Source: Lepidodermella squamata (taxonomy: Eukaryota; Animalia; Gastrotricha). Taken from it: 64,000 bases of DNA. The notes under the pieces were generated by a model. That model was not told where the DNA came from. It made no database searches and saw nothing but the letters and a program-made list of their open reading frames with translations. Of this stretch, positions 12,095 through 23,249 are shown piece after piece (within the stretch, counting starts at the first letter, position 1; the number at the start of each line of letters is the position of its first letter). Both the position numbers and the translations under genes were made by a program. The stretch is taken from assembly GCA_047495785.1 (NCBI GenBank), contig JBLDXI010000026.1:992001-1056000 (forward strand), read 5' to 3'.

Positions 12095-13186
12095 TAGACG
12101 ATCGTCAGTCACGCGTTCGACTCGGCCGTCCTCGTTTTTACCATTTTCGAGAGCAAGCATGCATCCGCATTTGCTTTAACAGCTACTTGGACATCGACAG
12201 AAGTTGTAGTGATCACGCAAGGAACTAATGTTGGATTGTTGAATCGTTTCGCGACCTTAAGAAAACCGAAATTGCTGCAACTTGACCGGTCCGCAATTGG
12301 AAGCATCTGAGTAATGAGTACGTGGTCCTCGAAGACGCTGAAATCACGCGCTTGCGCGATAAAATTATTAACACCATTGTAGAGAACCCAAAGTCCACCT
12401 AGCAAGTACGGTGATACAGATAGTAAACGGACGGTGGCGAAAGTTACCTTTATCGCAGAGTGTCTGTAAACCCGTAATTTACGAGATAGACATCGAATGG
12501 AATCTGGGCAGCGCGCGGGAAACTTCAGCCATCTTATCAAGAAGAGATGAAACGTGAATCATTGAGTGAACTCATGTTGTTTTCCAAATACTAAGAAACA
12601 TGTATAACTCGATGTATCTAGAAGTCAAACAAAATTAGAATTTTATAAACAATTCCAAGAGCTGAGATTAGATGCAGCATTTTCAGCGCATGCATCTGAT
12701 TGAAAATATAAGATGGTGAATCAGAAGCAGAAACAACGTTTCCAGGAGGTTCCCCCGTTCGAGTTTTGAGCAGATATGGACATTCAAGATTTTTTGAATC
12801 TTTTGTCTTTTGGAGAAAGCAGGCCTTGTTTTCAAGGAAAGGCACTAAACCATTGTTTGAGAAACTCCCTTTAAAGTGACAAGTGGAAGGAAATGCGATA
12901 TGGAGAATGGAGAAGACACTCGCACGGCTTGCACATACTATGGGGAGCTAGGTCGCAAAACACCGAAACAGTAAAGAAACCAGGATTTTATAACCCCGTC
13001 TTTATCCTCGATTGTAGATATTACTTATTTGCAATGAAGATCACCAAATGGTCAATACTCATCTTCAGCAGTGCTTTCCGTGCTCCTTCTTTGAAGTTCC
13101 GATGATTAAGCTCCGGTTCCCACACCTCCCCGATTGTTTTCCTACAGAAACGCTGAGGTTTCCCACAGAAGTAACTCAGGGCTGAC

Positions 13187-13875
13187 CAGGGACGGCGCCA
13201 GGGTTCTGCTGTCAGGGGGCGAGCTGGGGGCAATCACTAACGATACTTAGCTAGCGAAAATACGGCAATTTTGCGTATATGTGTGTGAAAGATTGTAGCT
13301 GAGCGTTAAAATTAGAGACAGTAACAAAAGCTACCAATAACGACACAAAAATCTGCATGCGAGCGAAGCGAGCTTTAGCTAACGCTATTTTTTGAAAATT
13401 ACACTTTACACTCAGGGACTAAGGTAGAAATGTTTCAATATTTGGATCCACTTTCCCTAATCTGGAGTTTTCAGGAGTCTCGATCTCAGCAAATTCTTCC
13501 GCGCACGGGCGTGAGGCGTCGTAAACCGTCACTACCTTGCTGAGTGCATTTCTCCCCACTGTGCGCCCCAGCTATATCGGTTAAAACTAGAGATATTTTG
13601 AAACCTTATTGATTGTTGAATTGAGTCCCTTAGAATCCCTTAGAAAGCAGCCGATACAAAAAAACTAGGAGTTCCAGAATCAGAGCGCAAATGTAGACTA
13701 CTGGCCATAACGCGAGCGTAGCGAGCTTTAGTTGGCGTTATTAATGCCTAAAAGCAGGAGCCTAATAGCCTAAAAATGCTCCAAATTTGGGTCGAGAGCT
13801 GAAAATTTCCAGGGGGGGGGGGGGGGGGCGAGAGTTCGAGAAAAATCTCGCCCCCCCCCCCTGGCGCCGCTACTG
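13187..13875. mobile_element. hAT-family MITE with a perfect 8-bp TSD
   Basis: TIRs CAG(GGA/TAG)CGGCGCCAGGG. GGGCTGAC is duplicated at 13179-13186 and 13876-13883. Internal GCGAGCG(A/T)AGCGAGC motifs. Confidence 0.93.
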
Positions 13876-15701
13876 GGGCTGACTAGGCACTTTGCCATTT
13901 ATCGATAAAGTTTAATCACTTGGGTAAATGACGCATAACGCGTTGTACTGCCACTTCGGCGCAAAAAGCTACGCAGAATTGAATTTCCGCACATGGTTTT
14001 CTGAACTGGCATTGCGTAAGACTTCGAAATCATTGATAATGGATATTAAATGGACATGTCCTGACAACATCTGTGCGGAAATGTAACCGAATTTTGCGAG
14101 CCTTCCGGATCGGAAATGCCAGCATATCGCTCTAAGCTCTAAAATAGGATTAAAAATGACCAAACTGCCTCGGATTTGAAGAAAAAGCTGCTTTGTTAGA
14201 CACGGTAAACAACTTGTTGATTTAATTTGATGTTAATTTATATAAAAAAATTATTTTTGCTACCAATTTACAATTTCTGATTATTTGTAAGCATTTATTT
14301 GCGAAATCAATTATTTATTTTCCGAAGGTTTTTCGACGTTGCGTTGTTTTCTTCGACTCGAGCTTTCGCCTCACTTATGACCTTATGCTGCGCCACGATC
14401 GTTTAAAAAGAACACCATGTATAGGGCCGCTCTCACTGATCTCACTGATTAAGCTAACGCCAGCCACGATAATCAACTGTATAGGTGAACTGGAGTTGGT
14501 CAAGACACAGGTAATTAAGCTGCACGAGATTACCCAAAAACCCAAGGGTAAAAATGTCGATATTTTTCGGCACATGATTTCGGCGTTTTTTGCTGAAAAG
14601 CTGAACAAAACAGATGGCGCACACGAACAATGAGCTTCCCTTCCTTCCTTTGTAATCGTCGCATTTACACGAGCTACTTCTTAATTATCGATGCTAATTA
14701 CTTCGTCATTATTTTTACTTAAGCTCAAACGAGCGCTTTTATATTTTTGTGTGAAATTTTTATGGACGCTGTTAACAATAATTCACTACGAGATATGAGG
14801 TATGAGTAAAACTAAACTTTTGCGGTATCAAGTAACTTTGCAATCACATCGTTAGCCATTAGCTGGCACGTGATTCTCATCCTGGTAAATAGAAATGATC
14901 GATTTCGCAATTATACAAATTCTTGAATATTGTCAAAATCCTCCTAAAATAAATTGTGCAAAAAATCGCGTCACTGCTGCGGCCGTTTTAAACCACCCTA
15001 TATCCTGTATTGTAGTACGATAAATTACCTGGAAAATTCAGGAATAAATTGGAAAATATCGATAGGTTTCTATGATTCTCGAGTGGTTGGCGGGGCTTTA
15101 TTGACCTAATTCCTAACTAAGAAAAATTTCTGATAAAGCCTTTTTCACTGGATGATGCCATCGAACCTCAAGTCCTGTAAATAGTCTTTTTTCAAAAATG
15201 AGATTTTTAATAAAAGTCGCGGGTAGTATTTTCGCCATCAATTTTTTCTCCCGAACAATTTTCTAACGAAATTTTCAGGAATGTTCACCCCAGACTAGAT
15301 CTATCGACTGGCGAAAACCGCATTGAAAAATTCCTCATGGTTATGAAGTTATTCAAAAAAAGCGAGGCAAAAAAGTTTGCGCATACTTCATTTGATAGCA
15401 ACCAAATTCGGGTGTTATTCCCAAAATATTACACCATCACCATGCCATCACCACAATTGCATCAATTTTCATCCGCAAACTGGACGCGTCAAATTTTGAT
15501 TTTTAATTTTAATTTTTCGAATTATCTTAACTAATTTTCCTCGGGGAAAATTGTCAAAAATTCGAATAATTTTCATAGCAAACTTGAAGCAAGGTACTAG
15601 GTACGCATGGACCTCAACCGAGCTAATTTTGAGGTTTTTCTCCACGAGCAGTCTCGATCCTTAGCTACATATTTTGAATGAGGCCAATAAGGTGGACTTC
15701 T

Positions 15702-15836
15702 TATGGTCTGCGGTCATTGGTCTTGGTTTTAAGACCTGGCTACAATTTCGGTCTGGGTCTTAGTCTTACTCTAAGACAAAAGGATCTGGTCTGGCTAAGA
15801 CCAGGAAAAAATGACAGACCGATAGTCTGGACCATG
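15702..15836. mobile_element. Short degraded inverted-repeat element
   Basis: GGTCT/AGACC-rich imperfect palindrome starting tatggtc and ending gaccatg. Confidence 0.45.
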
Positions 15837-16529
15837 TTATTATCTTTTATTTTCGAAGAAAAAAAAACGCGCCCGCTCAATGAATCAATAGGTAGCGAGC
15901 AGCAGATTTTTATACGAGTCCGGTTATTTTATGAAACACCCTGGAAATGCGGTACGTGTCCAGCAACTTTTGGTTGGATATACGAGGAATGCTGAATTCA
16001 TTTTGTCTGACACGTTTCGCAATGTGCTTATCCCGTGCGCAAACATATCCCCATACGCAAAATATATTCAATCAACTCAATTGAACCCTTTTCCATTTTT
16101 GATTAATTAATTTTGATTAATAGACAAATCAGCTTGCTGCTGGTTTGTAGTTTTCATCCATGCCTCCTATAGAAAATTCAAGAAAGTATGTGAAAGATTA
16201 TAGTAGCTATGTCTTTAATCGTCTCATATTTCATTTCCAAGACGATTTGTTTGATAGCAATTCGCCATCGCAACGCTGAAACAAAAAGTGCACATAATTG
16301 ATTCGATTCAATCTAGATCAATAATCAACATGAGTTAATCTAGTGTTTTCTTCAAGAAAGGATGTTGATGCTTCCAAGGTAAAATGTGCGTAGTATCAAG
16401 TATTATTGTAATTACGTTTAATTGGGGTTATCCAAGTTGCCACTCGAGCAAGACGGGACTGAAAACTGAGCGATACTCACATTTTGCGAAAGAGCGCACA
16501 GGCGCACCCTATTTCGACTGGTAAACGCC

Positions 16530-18794
16530 ATGTTTATTCCAGTTTCCCTAGCAATCAGTTTGGTTGCAATCTTCGGAGGGCTAACAACATTCTCCGCAGC
16601 TCCCGATTTCTTCAACTCGCCCCCGAAAAACGCAACAAAAACTCTCATAATTACTAATTTGATCGCTTACCCAGCAGCAAACGCCTGCAACATCACATCC
16701 AACATGTTGGCCGATCATGTCAACTCAAGGCCTGACTTTTTGCCCAACTATCTCGTCAAATTTGTCCCTGGCAACAGCCGAACTGCCAATCAACAACTGA
16801 TTCAGATAATGGAAAGGACTAGCTATCCTAACAGCACCTACATCGCTCCTATCATAACAGGGCCTGATGCCACTTGTGAAGAGGTAGCTAGAACGCTTCG
16901 GGGTATGCAAACAATCCTCTACTCACCAACATGCGGAGGTCCGATTTTAGTCTCACGCCGGCCTGTCGATTTCAATAACATGTTCTCCACCTCTTCCCCG
17001 ACCGAGCGCTACATCTACGCCGGTCTGGAGGTTATGAAAAACATTGGAAAATGGAAAGAGGTAGCGATAGTCTATAGCACGGTTTCTCGTAATACGGAGG
17101 TGTTAGCCAGGTCCTATCTTGACCTGTTCGACTCTAATGGCATTAACGTCAAACAGTTCATCTACTCCTATAGCACGGTCGATATAACAACCGAAGAATG
17201 GACAGCTTTGCGGGATACTGTTCGCATTATAGCAACTATATTGCCAGGAAATGAAGATTGCCGTAGATTCCTATGCCTAGCTTGGCGAAATGGCATCAGA
17301 CCTCCCCGCTACGCCTTCATTATATGGAACACACCGTGCCTGACTACATCCATCGACCCTACAACGCCGCCCGTCTTTCCGTGGTGTGACCAGGCCATTT
17401 TCGATAAACAGCTTGAAGGTTCTTTCTCCATAGGAATTTCGGTTAATAGCAGCACCGCGCAAACATCTTTCGGATATTACGGGCCTGATCTTGATGTTGA
17501 ACTGATGCGTAGGGCGAACAATGTAACTCACGGAGACTTTTTCCAGCGCTATGTCTGCCACGACGCTCTGATGGCGACGTTAGTCACGCTAGACGATGCT
17601 GAGAAAACGTTGAACGCAAATTATTCGCTGACGTTAAGCGATTTTGCCGATGCGCGCTACCGCAAACTGGTGAATGTCGTAGTTAACGCGTCGGCCGGCA
17701 GGATTGATTACACTGGGCTGCGAACTGGTAGGACTAAGAAGGACATCAACGGCTTTGGAAATGAGAATATGCTGATTCTTCAAGCTCAAGGCAGGTTCGA
17801 GAGACTTGTAGTCGAGATTCAATATTTCAGCAGAACAGCGACCAAAGTGTACGAACCTAAATATTGGAACACTCCCTATTGGCCGGCGGGTAAGCCTGCG
17901 AAAGATCTTACTTACATTGAAGCTCGGCTACAATACTGCGGCGCTCGAATTTATGGTCCAGCAATAGGTTTAGCCTCTGCCGTTTCGATATCTCAAATTG
18001 TTCTCTACACGAGATCTAACAAGGAAGTATTTTACGGAAAATTGAAACAGATGGTGGTCCTCTTGACTTGTTTGATTCTGAACGGTTCAGCTGTTTTCTT
18101 CATCGTTGGCCGCGATTTTGCGATGGAAATCGAGTGTAAACTGATGCCGTTTCTTACTGTAATTAGCCTAACACCCCTTCATGGACTATTGTTCTCGCAA
18201 ATGTTAGCCTATAGCAAGCTGATAAAACTGAAAACGAAAGCAGATGCCAAACCTGGTCAAAATCCTCTTCATGCTAAAACGATTGTTGTCCTCAAAAGTG
18301 ATCCTGTTCAAATGAATAAAATAATTTCCTTCATCTGGCTCTGTTCTGTTCTACCCAGCTTGGCCACCCTAGCTGTTTGGCTGCTCTTCGACACGCCAAA
18401 ACTGTTATTCATCAAAGGTCCACTGTTGTTCGATGAAATCGCCGATACCTATTACATAAACGAAACGATCAGTTGCAAATCTCCCGATTTATCTCTCGTT
18501 TGGTTTGCCATCCTGCTGGTTGTACACTTTCTTCAACTGTTGCTCGCGAATTTCTTCTCGTTAAGCATCAATCGACGAAAAATGCCTGACAGATTTGCGT
18601 TTTCAGTGAAAATGCTCCGTCTGGCTGCGATTTTCGCCTTAACCTTCGCAGCTGGCAGTGTTTTAGCTGTGATTGTGGTGTCTAACGTGCAGACGCCTTG
18701 CATTGACAAGGCTATGGTTGCATTTTGCGAACTGATCTATTCAGCTATCATTGCTCTAGTTCTGTTTTTTCCTGCAAAAATTGGCAGTAACTAA
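16530..18794 (+). CDS. Intronless class C GPCR, GABA-B-receptor-like architecture (signal peptide, Venus flytrap, 7TM)
   Basis: 754-aa ORF with a hydrophobic N-terminus and a ~450-aa ectodomain ending in WPAGKPAKD (GABA-B-like W..G.P..D). No cysteine-rich domain; seven hydrophobic segments ending LFFPAK. Confidence 0.85.
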   Translation: MFIPVSLAISLVAIFGGLTTFSAAPDFFNSPPKNATKTLIITNLIAYPAANACNITSNMLADHVNSRPDFLPNYLVKFVPGNSRTANQQLIQIMERTSYPNSTYIAPIITGPDATCEEVARTLRGMQTILYSPTCGGPILVSRRPVDFNNMFSTSSPTERYIYAGLEVMKNIGKWKEVAIVYSTVSRNTEVLARSYLDLFDSNGINVKQFIYSYSTVDITTEEWTALRDTVRIIATILPGNEDCRRFLCLAWRNGIRPPRYAFIIWNTPCLTTSIDPTTPPVFPWCDQAIFDKQLEGSFSIGISVNSSTAQTSFGYYGPDLDVELMRRANNVTHGDFFQRYVCHDALMATLVTLDDAEKTLNANYSLTLSDFADARYRKLVNVVVNASAGRIDYTGLRTGRTKKDINGFGNENMLILQAQGRFERLVVEIQYFSRTATKVYEPKYWNTPYWPAGKPAKDLTYIEARLQYCGARIYGPAIGLASAVSISQIVLYTRSNKEVFYGKLKQMVVLLTCLILNGSAVFFIVGRDFAMEIECKLMPFLTVISLTPLHGLLFSQMLAYSKLIKLKTKADAKPGQNPLHAKTIVVLKSDPVQMNKIISFIWLCSVLPSLATLAVWLLFDTPKLLFIKGPLLFDEIADTYYINETISCKSPDLSLVWFAILLVVHFLQLLLANFFSLSINRRKMPDRFAFSVKMLRLAAIFALTFAAGSVLAVIVVSNVQTPCIDKAMVAFCELIYSAIIALVLFFPAKIGSN

Positions 18795-19112
18795 AAGTTT
18801 TGCCAAAGTCGCATTGTCAAACCAGATTTGATGGGAATGAAAGAACTGGAATTTGAGGAATTTCCGAGTGTTTGCTGGAATGCTGGGCACATGGTTGTTT
18901 ATTCAGTGGTGAACATTTTCTGTTGTGCGTAACCTGTACTGAACTTCCATGATCATGTTCATGTTCTTTATCTTTGATTGAGAATTGAGTTAATTGAGAA
19001 AACACTAACTCCTCTCATGTTATCACGTTATAGAACTGAGTTAACTTTAAATTGTTTCAGTTTTTTACACAACGGCACAATTTTAACATAAATTTTCGAA
19101 AATGTGTAAGTC

Positions 19113-20262
19113 TCATGCCGTAGTGAAGTTGAGTGAAGATTGCTCATGAACTGAAGGGGTAGGCAGAGAGTCTAGCCTTGTCGCTGCTAAGGGAACCTTC
19201 CTGCAGACTAATTTCTGCAGGAAAGCCTTTCGGAATAAGCTGTTGCCCACAAAGTATATGAGGAAATTTGCGCAGTACTCAACGATTGAGAGCAGTAACA
19301 CGGTTGAATATATTTGCCGCAAGGTTTCAGCATCGATTCCAGTGTGGCGCCAGAAAGAATGAGTCAAAGGATTCAGAATAGCAATCTGAGTTACTTAATT
19401 GCTGAAAACAATAGCAATTCTTAGAATTTCCACTTACCGGTAGTTCTCCGATAACTGTTACACAGCTCGCCGCAATCAAAGTGATTGTGAGCGACCGTTG
19501 ATTTCGACTATGGTGGTTTGCTATCATGGTTGATCTTTTCGACTCGCGATACACAGCTGTTATCAGCATTGTGTTAACAGCGATGAGGAAAATACTAGAT
19601 CCTGGAAATTACCGACAAAGTAACACCGTCAAATGTAGAGGGTGATTCTTACCAATATTGTAAACAATGAAACGAATGACGGAATAAATTACGAAGAAAT
19701 TATTCCACGAGGGACTTGATTGCGTATCGTCGAAGCATTGCCGCTTTTTCGGGTTGAAGACGAAAGCTAGCATCCTAGGGAGATTGAATATGGTTATGGC
19801 CAAAATAACACCCAAACATCGCCGTTTTGCAGCATGCCGTTGCCTCGACAGAGCCAAAGTGTCGTTTTGTGAGATTCGATTTCTCGTTATGAACACATAC
19901 CTCTCGAGTGTAAGCGCGCATGTGAGAACAAATGATGTTGTTAATCCCCAAGTAGTAAGTGGCCATGAGATGTAATTCGAAATGAAGCGCAGCCATTCAA
20001 CCTCTAAATCGCTTTGCCTGGCGATGATGAACAAGATTTGGCTGATATTATGCACGAGTTGCACAGCAGCCAATGCTGTTAAGTAAACGTAAGTAGGCGC
20101 TTTGAAGATCTTAGAATCTCGCATTATCGAAATGCTGAGTGAATTGTAAAAAAATGCGACAAAGACCAAGGGTGGGATGACATAATAAGATATGGAGTCA
20201 TAATACCCTCTTTGAACAATACAGTTGCTTGAATTGGATGTCTTGAAATCAACTATGGCCAT
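19113..20262 (-). CDS. Class A GPCR, FMRFamide/peptide-receptor-like orphan (3 exons)
   Basis: PTYVYLTALA, LTLERY, FNLPR, GELP and NFLIY.VGN.LFR motifs. GT-AG introns at 19602-19652 and 19386-19437 keep the frame. Confidence 0.88.
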
Positions 20263-20387
20263 TTTATTATATATTATTACAACTGCGCTTCTCTACTGGA
20301 CGGTTTTTAGTAGATTTCTGTTTTGAATTGATGTGCGCAATCAAGATAGCTCGGTATATTTTTGGATCATCTTTGAACAGAAATCGA

Positions 20388-22988
20388 TTAGTTTCTCGCC
20401 ATTGTGTCTCTAATCCATGGAAGAACAGCGCAGACCCTGCTAAATACAGCGGGCGTTTCTAATCCACATCGCGCTGATCCCCAGGAAACTACGCCTATTA
20501 CTTTCGCTAGGCCTGAGGCGGTGCAAATCAACGGTCCTCCGCTATCACCGACACAAGTAGTAGGCCGTCCATCACCTACACAGATTTGAGCATCGGACAA
20601 AGTAATACCAAAGGCGTTGAGACAAGCTTCAGTGCTGTTTACTCTCATTTGGGCCATTCGCAACACATCGGAGTCGTAACTCGCTGCGAAATGAAGATAG
20701 CGAGTTCAAACGGATGATTTTTATTTCAGGCTCAACTTACACTCCGTCCTTCCCCATCCGGCAACCATCACTCTTTCACAACCATCGATAGACGTAGCCG
20801 TAGGCGAAATGGTGCTCTGGCATGTAGATGCTTCAGGCAGGCAGATGGGCTGTATAAATGACTGAAATATGACAGGAGCGCTCAGCTTCACCAGAGCAAA
20901 ATCATGATTCCAGTTATCTTTTACATCGTAGCTTGGATGACGGAAAACCTGATTCGATCGAACGTCATACCCACCTTCGTCGCCAAGCGAGAGGTCATGC
21001 CGGCCGATGAGAGCTCTGACATATTCAACCCGGGCGTCCCTCACTCTGTCGGTGATGCAATGGGCGGCTGTCAGCAGCCATTGGTCTGAAATGAGGGCCG
21101 CCCCGCAACCAATCATCAAATCGGAGCCATAGAATTTGGTGTAAGTTTTGACTACCCAAGGGAAGTCGCCGTGGTTAGCAATGGTCCCTCCATAGATTGG
21201 ATTTAACGCCGTAGTACCGCATTGGTCATTAGGTTGCGACGATATCGTTGAAGTAAGTCTTTCAGATGATGTTGTGGGGGGTTTTCTAGTTGTAGTTCGT
21301 CTGGTTGTTGTAGTATGCTCGGTAGTGCTAGTCTGCGTAGTAGTCGTTCGTGTGGTGCTGGTTGTGGTTCGTCGAGTTGTATCCGATTCATACACTCGGT
21401 TGCAACTTCGCTCATCGGAGGAATCGGGGCAGTCCCCTTTTATAAGCTCAAAATAGAGCCAGGCCTATGCATCTACAAGACAACAAACCGTCACCATCAC
21501 AAACCCAAGATCTAATAAGTATGATACGTTAGGAAGGCCAATTAAGTAAGGGGACACTTACTTGCGAATACAGAGGCCATTTGAAGTACAGCGAAAGCCG
21601 TCACAGACCATCTATGAATTTCTTTTAATCTCAAAACTCCTTGTTGTAAGATAATGAACCTGGCCACAGTTTTGCTCATCCGAATGGTCTCCACAATCGT
21701 TATCACCATCGCATCTTTATTTAATGAAATAATTACGAAGTTGAGCATAAAATTGTAACTGACCTAAAATTCCGATGTACGCATTTCGAGTTATCGCATT
21801 TGAATTGTTCTATTGAGCATAAATACGGGATTGAAGCCTGGAAAAAGACGGATGCAATACATTCAGTGGTGCATATGGCTCAACAAACTGTGTCTTTATT
21901 TGAGGCAATTAAAGTGACTGGCCTTGTTCTTGTGGTCCAACGCATAGATGGGCAGTCCGTCTCATCGCTGTTGTCTCCACAGTTATCATAGGAATCACAT
22001 CTAATCCACGACGTGAATGACTTATCGCAAACAAATCTTTTCGGTTAACCTTTTCGAGGAAGAGATGCATCGGAAGTTCTTGCACTGGAAATCATAAATC
22101 GAGCATGGCGCCATTGTAGACGTAGTGGTCTGCTGAAAGCGTAGTTGAAAATGTTACGAATTACAAAAAATAGAAAGCTAACTATTCTTGTTCTCGTGGT
22201 TTTAACGGGGGCCAAAGTTGTTGTCTCGGAAGCCGAAGTTCGGCAGTTCATCTCATCAGTGCTGTCGCCGCAATCGTTTTCATTGTCGCAGACGTAAGCA
22301 GCATTGATGCAACCTCCATTCATGCATGAAAAGCCCTTGCAAACTGGTCGTTCGGTTGTTGTTCTGCGAGTTGTCTGAATTTTCAGGATTGAAAAGCCTG
22401 CTAGTGATCGTTAAACCTACTGCGCCTACTGCTCTCAGCTCGAAACAACCAACTTCATCGCTCCCATCTGGACAATCCTGGTAGTAATCGCACCTTTTCA
22501 AGCAATTATAAAAGTCCATGCTAGATTATTCTTGTCTTACACGTATTTGCGGTTGATACATTTGGTACCTCTGAAGCAAGGAAACTCATCGGCGCCACAT
22601 TCCTAAACCAGATTGGAGGTAAGCTGAGTGTTAAGTTTGAATTTATATGCTCACATGAATGCTGCATCTGAGTTCATCACTTCCGTCTCCTAGTGAAAAA
22701 TCGGAGAAATAGGTCAAAATACACCTAAATTGCAGCCAACCACAGTTATTAGCCCCGTCACATCTTGATTATAAATTCAAGATTTGAAAAAAGTCTGAAT
22801 TCGTAAGATAAGCCTAACCTTTGAATTCCTTTTATACAACGCTGGTTTGAACAGACGAATCCATTGCATGGATAACGAGCACCCACTGATAGCTGGGCAC
22901 AAAAATCATGATGGATCGTTTGAATTTGGCAAGATAACCAAACCTGAATCAACAGGATATCAATAACACAAATGAAAACACGTTGCAT
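20388..22988 (-). CDS. Secreted modular S1 serine protease: 6 LDLa repeats, Thr-rich linker, protease domain
   Basis: Catalytic triad in TAAHC / HDFALVKL / GDSGGPL. Six CD...DC.D.SDE..C modules were reconstructed across ~50-bp introns. Hydrophobic N-terminus; start codon is approximate. Confidence 0.88.
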
Positions 22989-23249
22989 TGCCAGGAATAA
23001 AACAATAACCACTATTCAGGGCAATTTACCATGTATGACATTACAACTACTACTTTATTCGCCGTAGTGAAAAATACGTGTTGAAGATTTTTCATCCACA
23101 TAAAAAGATTTTTTTTCTTGGAAGTTGAACACGAAATTGGAATATCCATGTTCTTCTAAAACTTGTCATATCAAGCTGTACAGCAGTTTCCGCAAAATAG
23201 ATTAAAGGACCGGAACTTTAATTTATTCTTGAAAACAATTTAAGAAACA

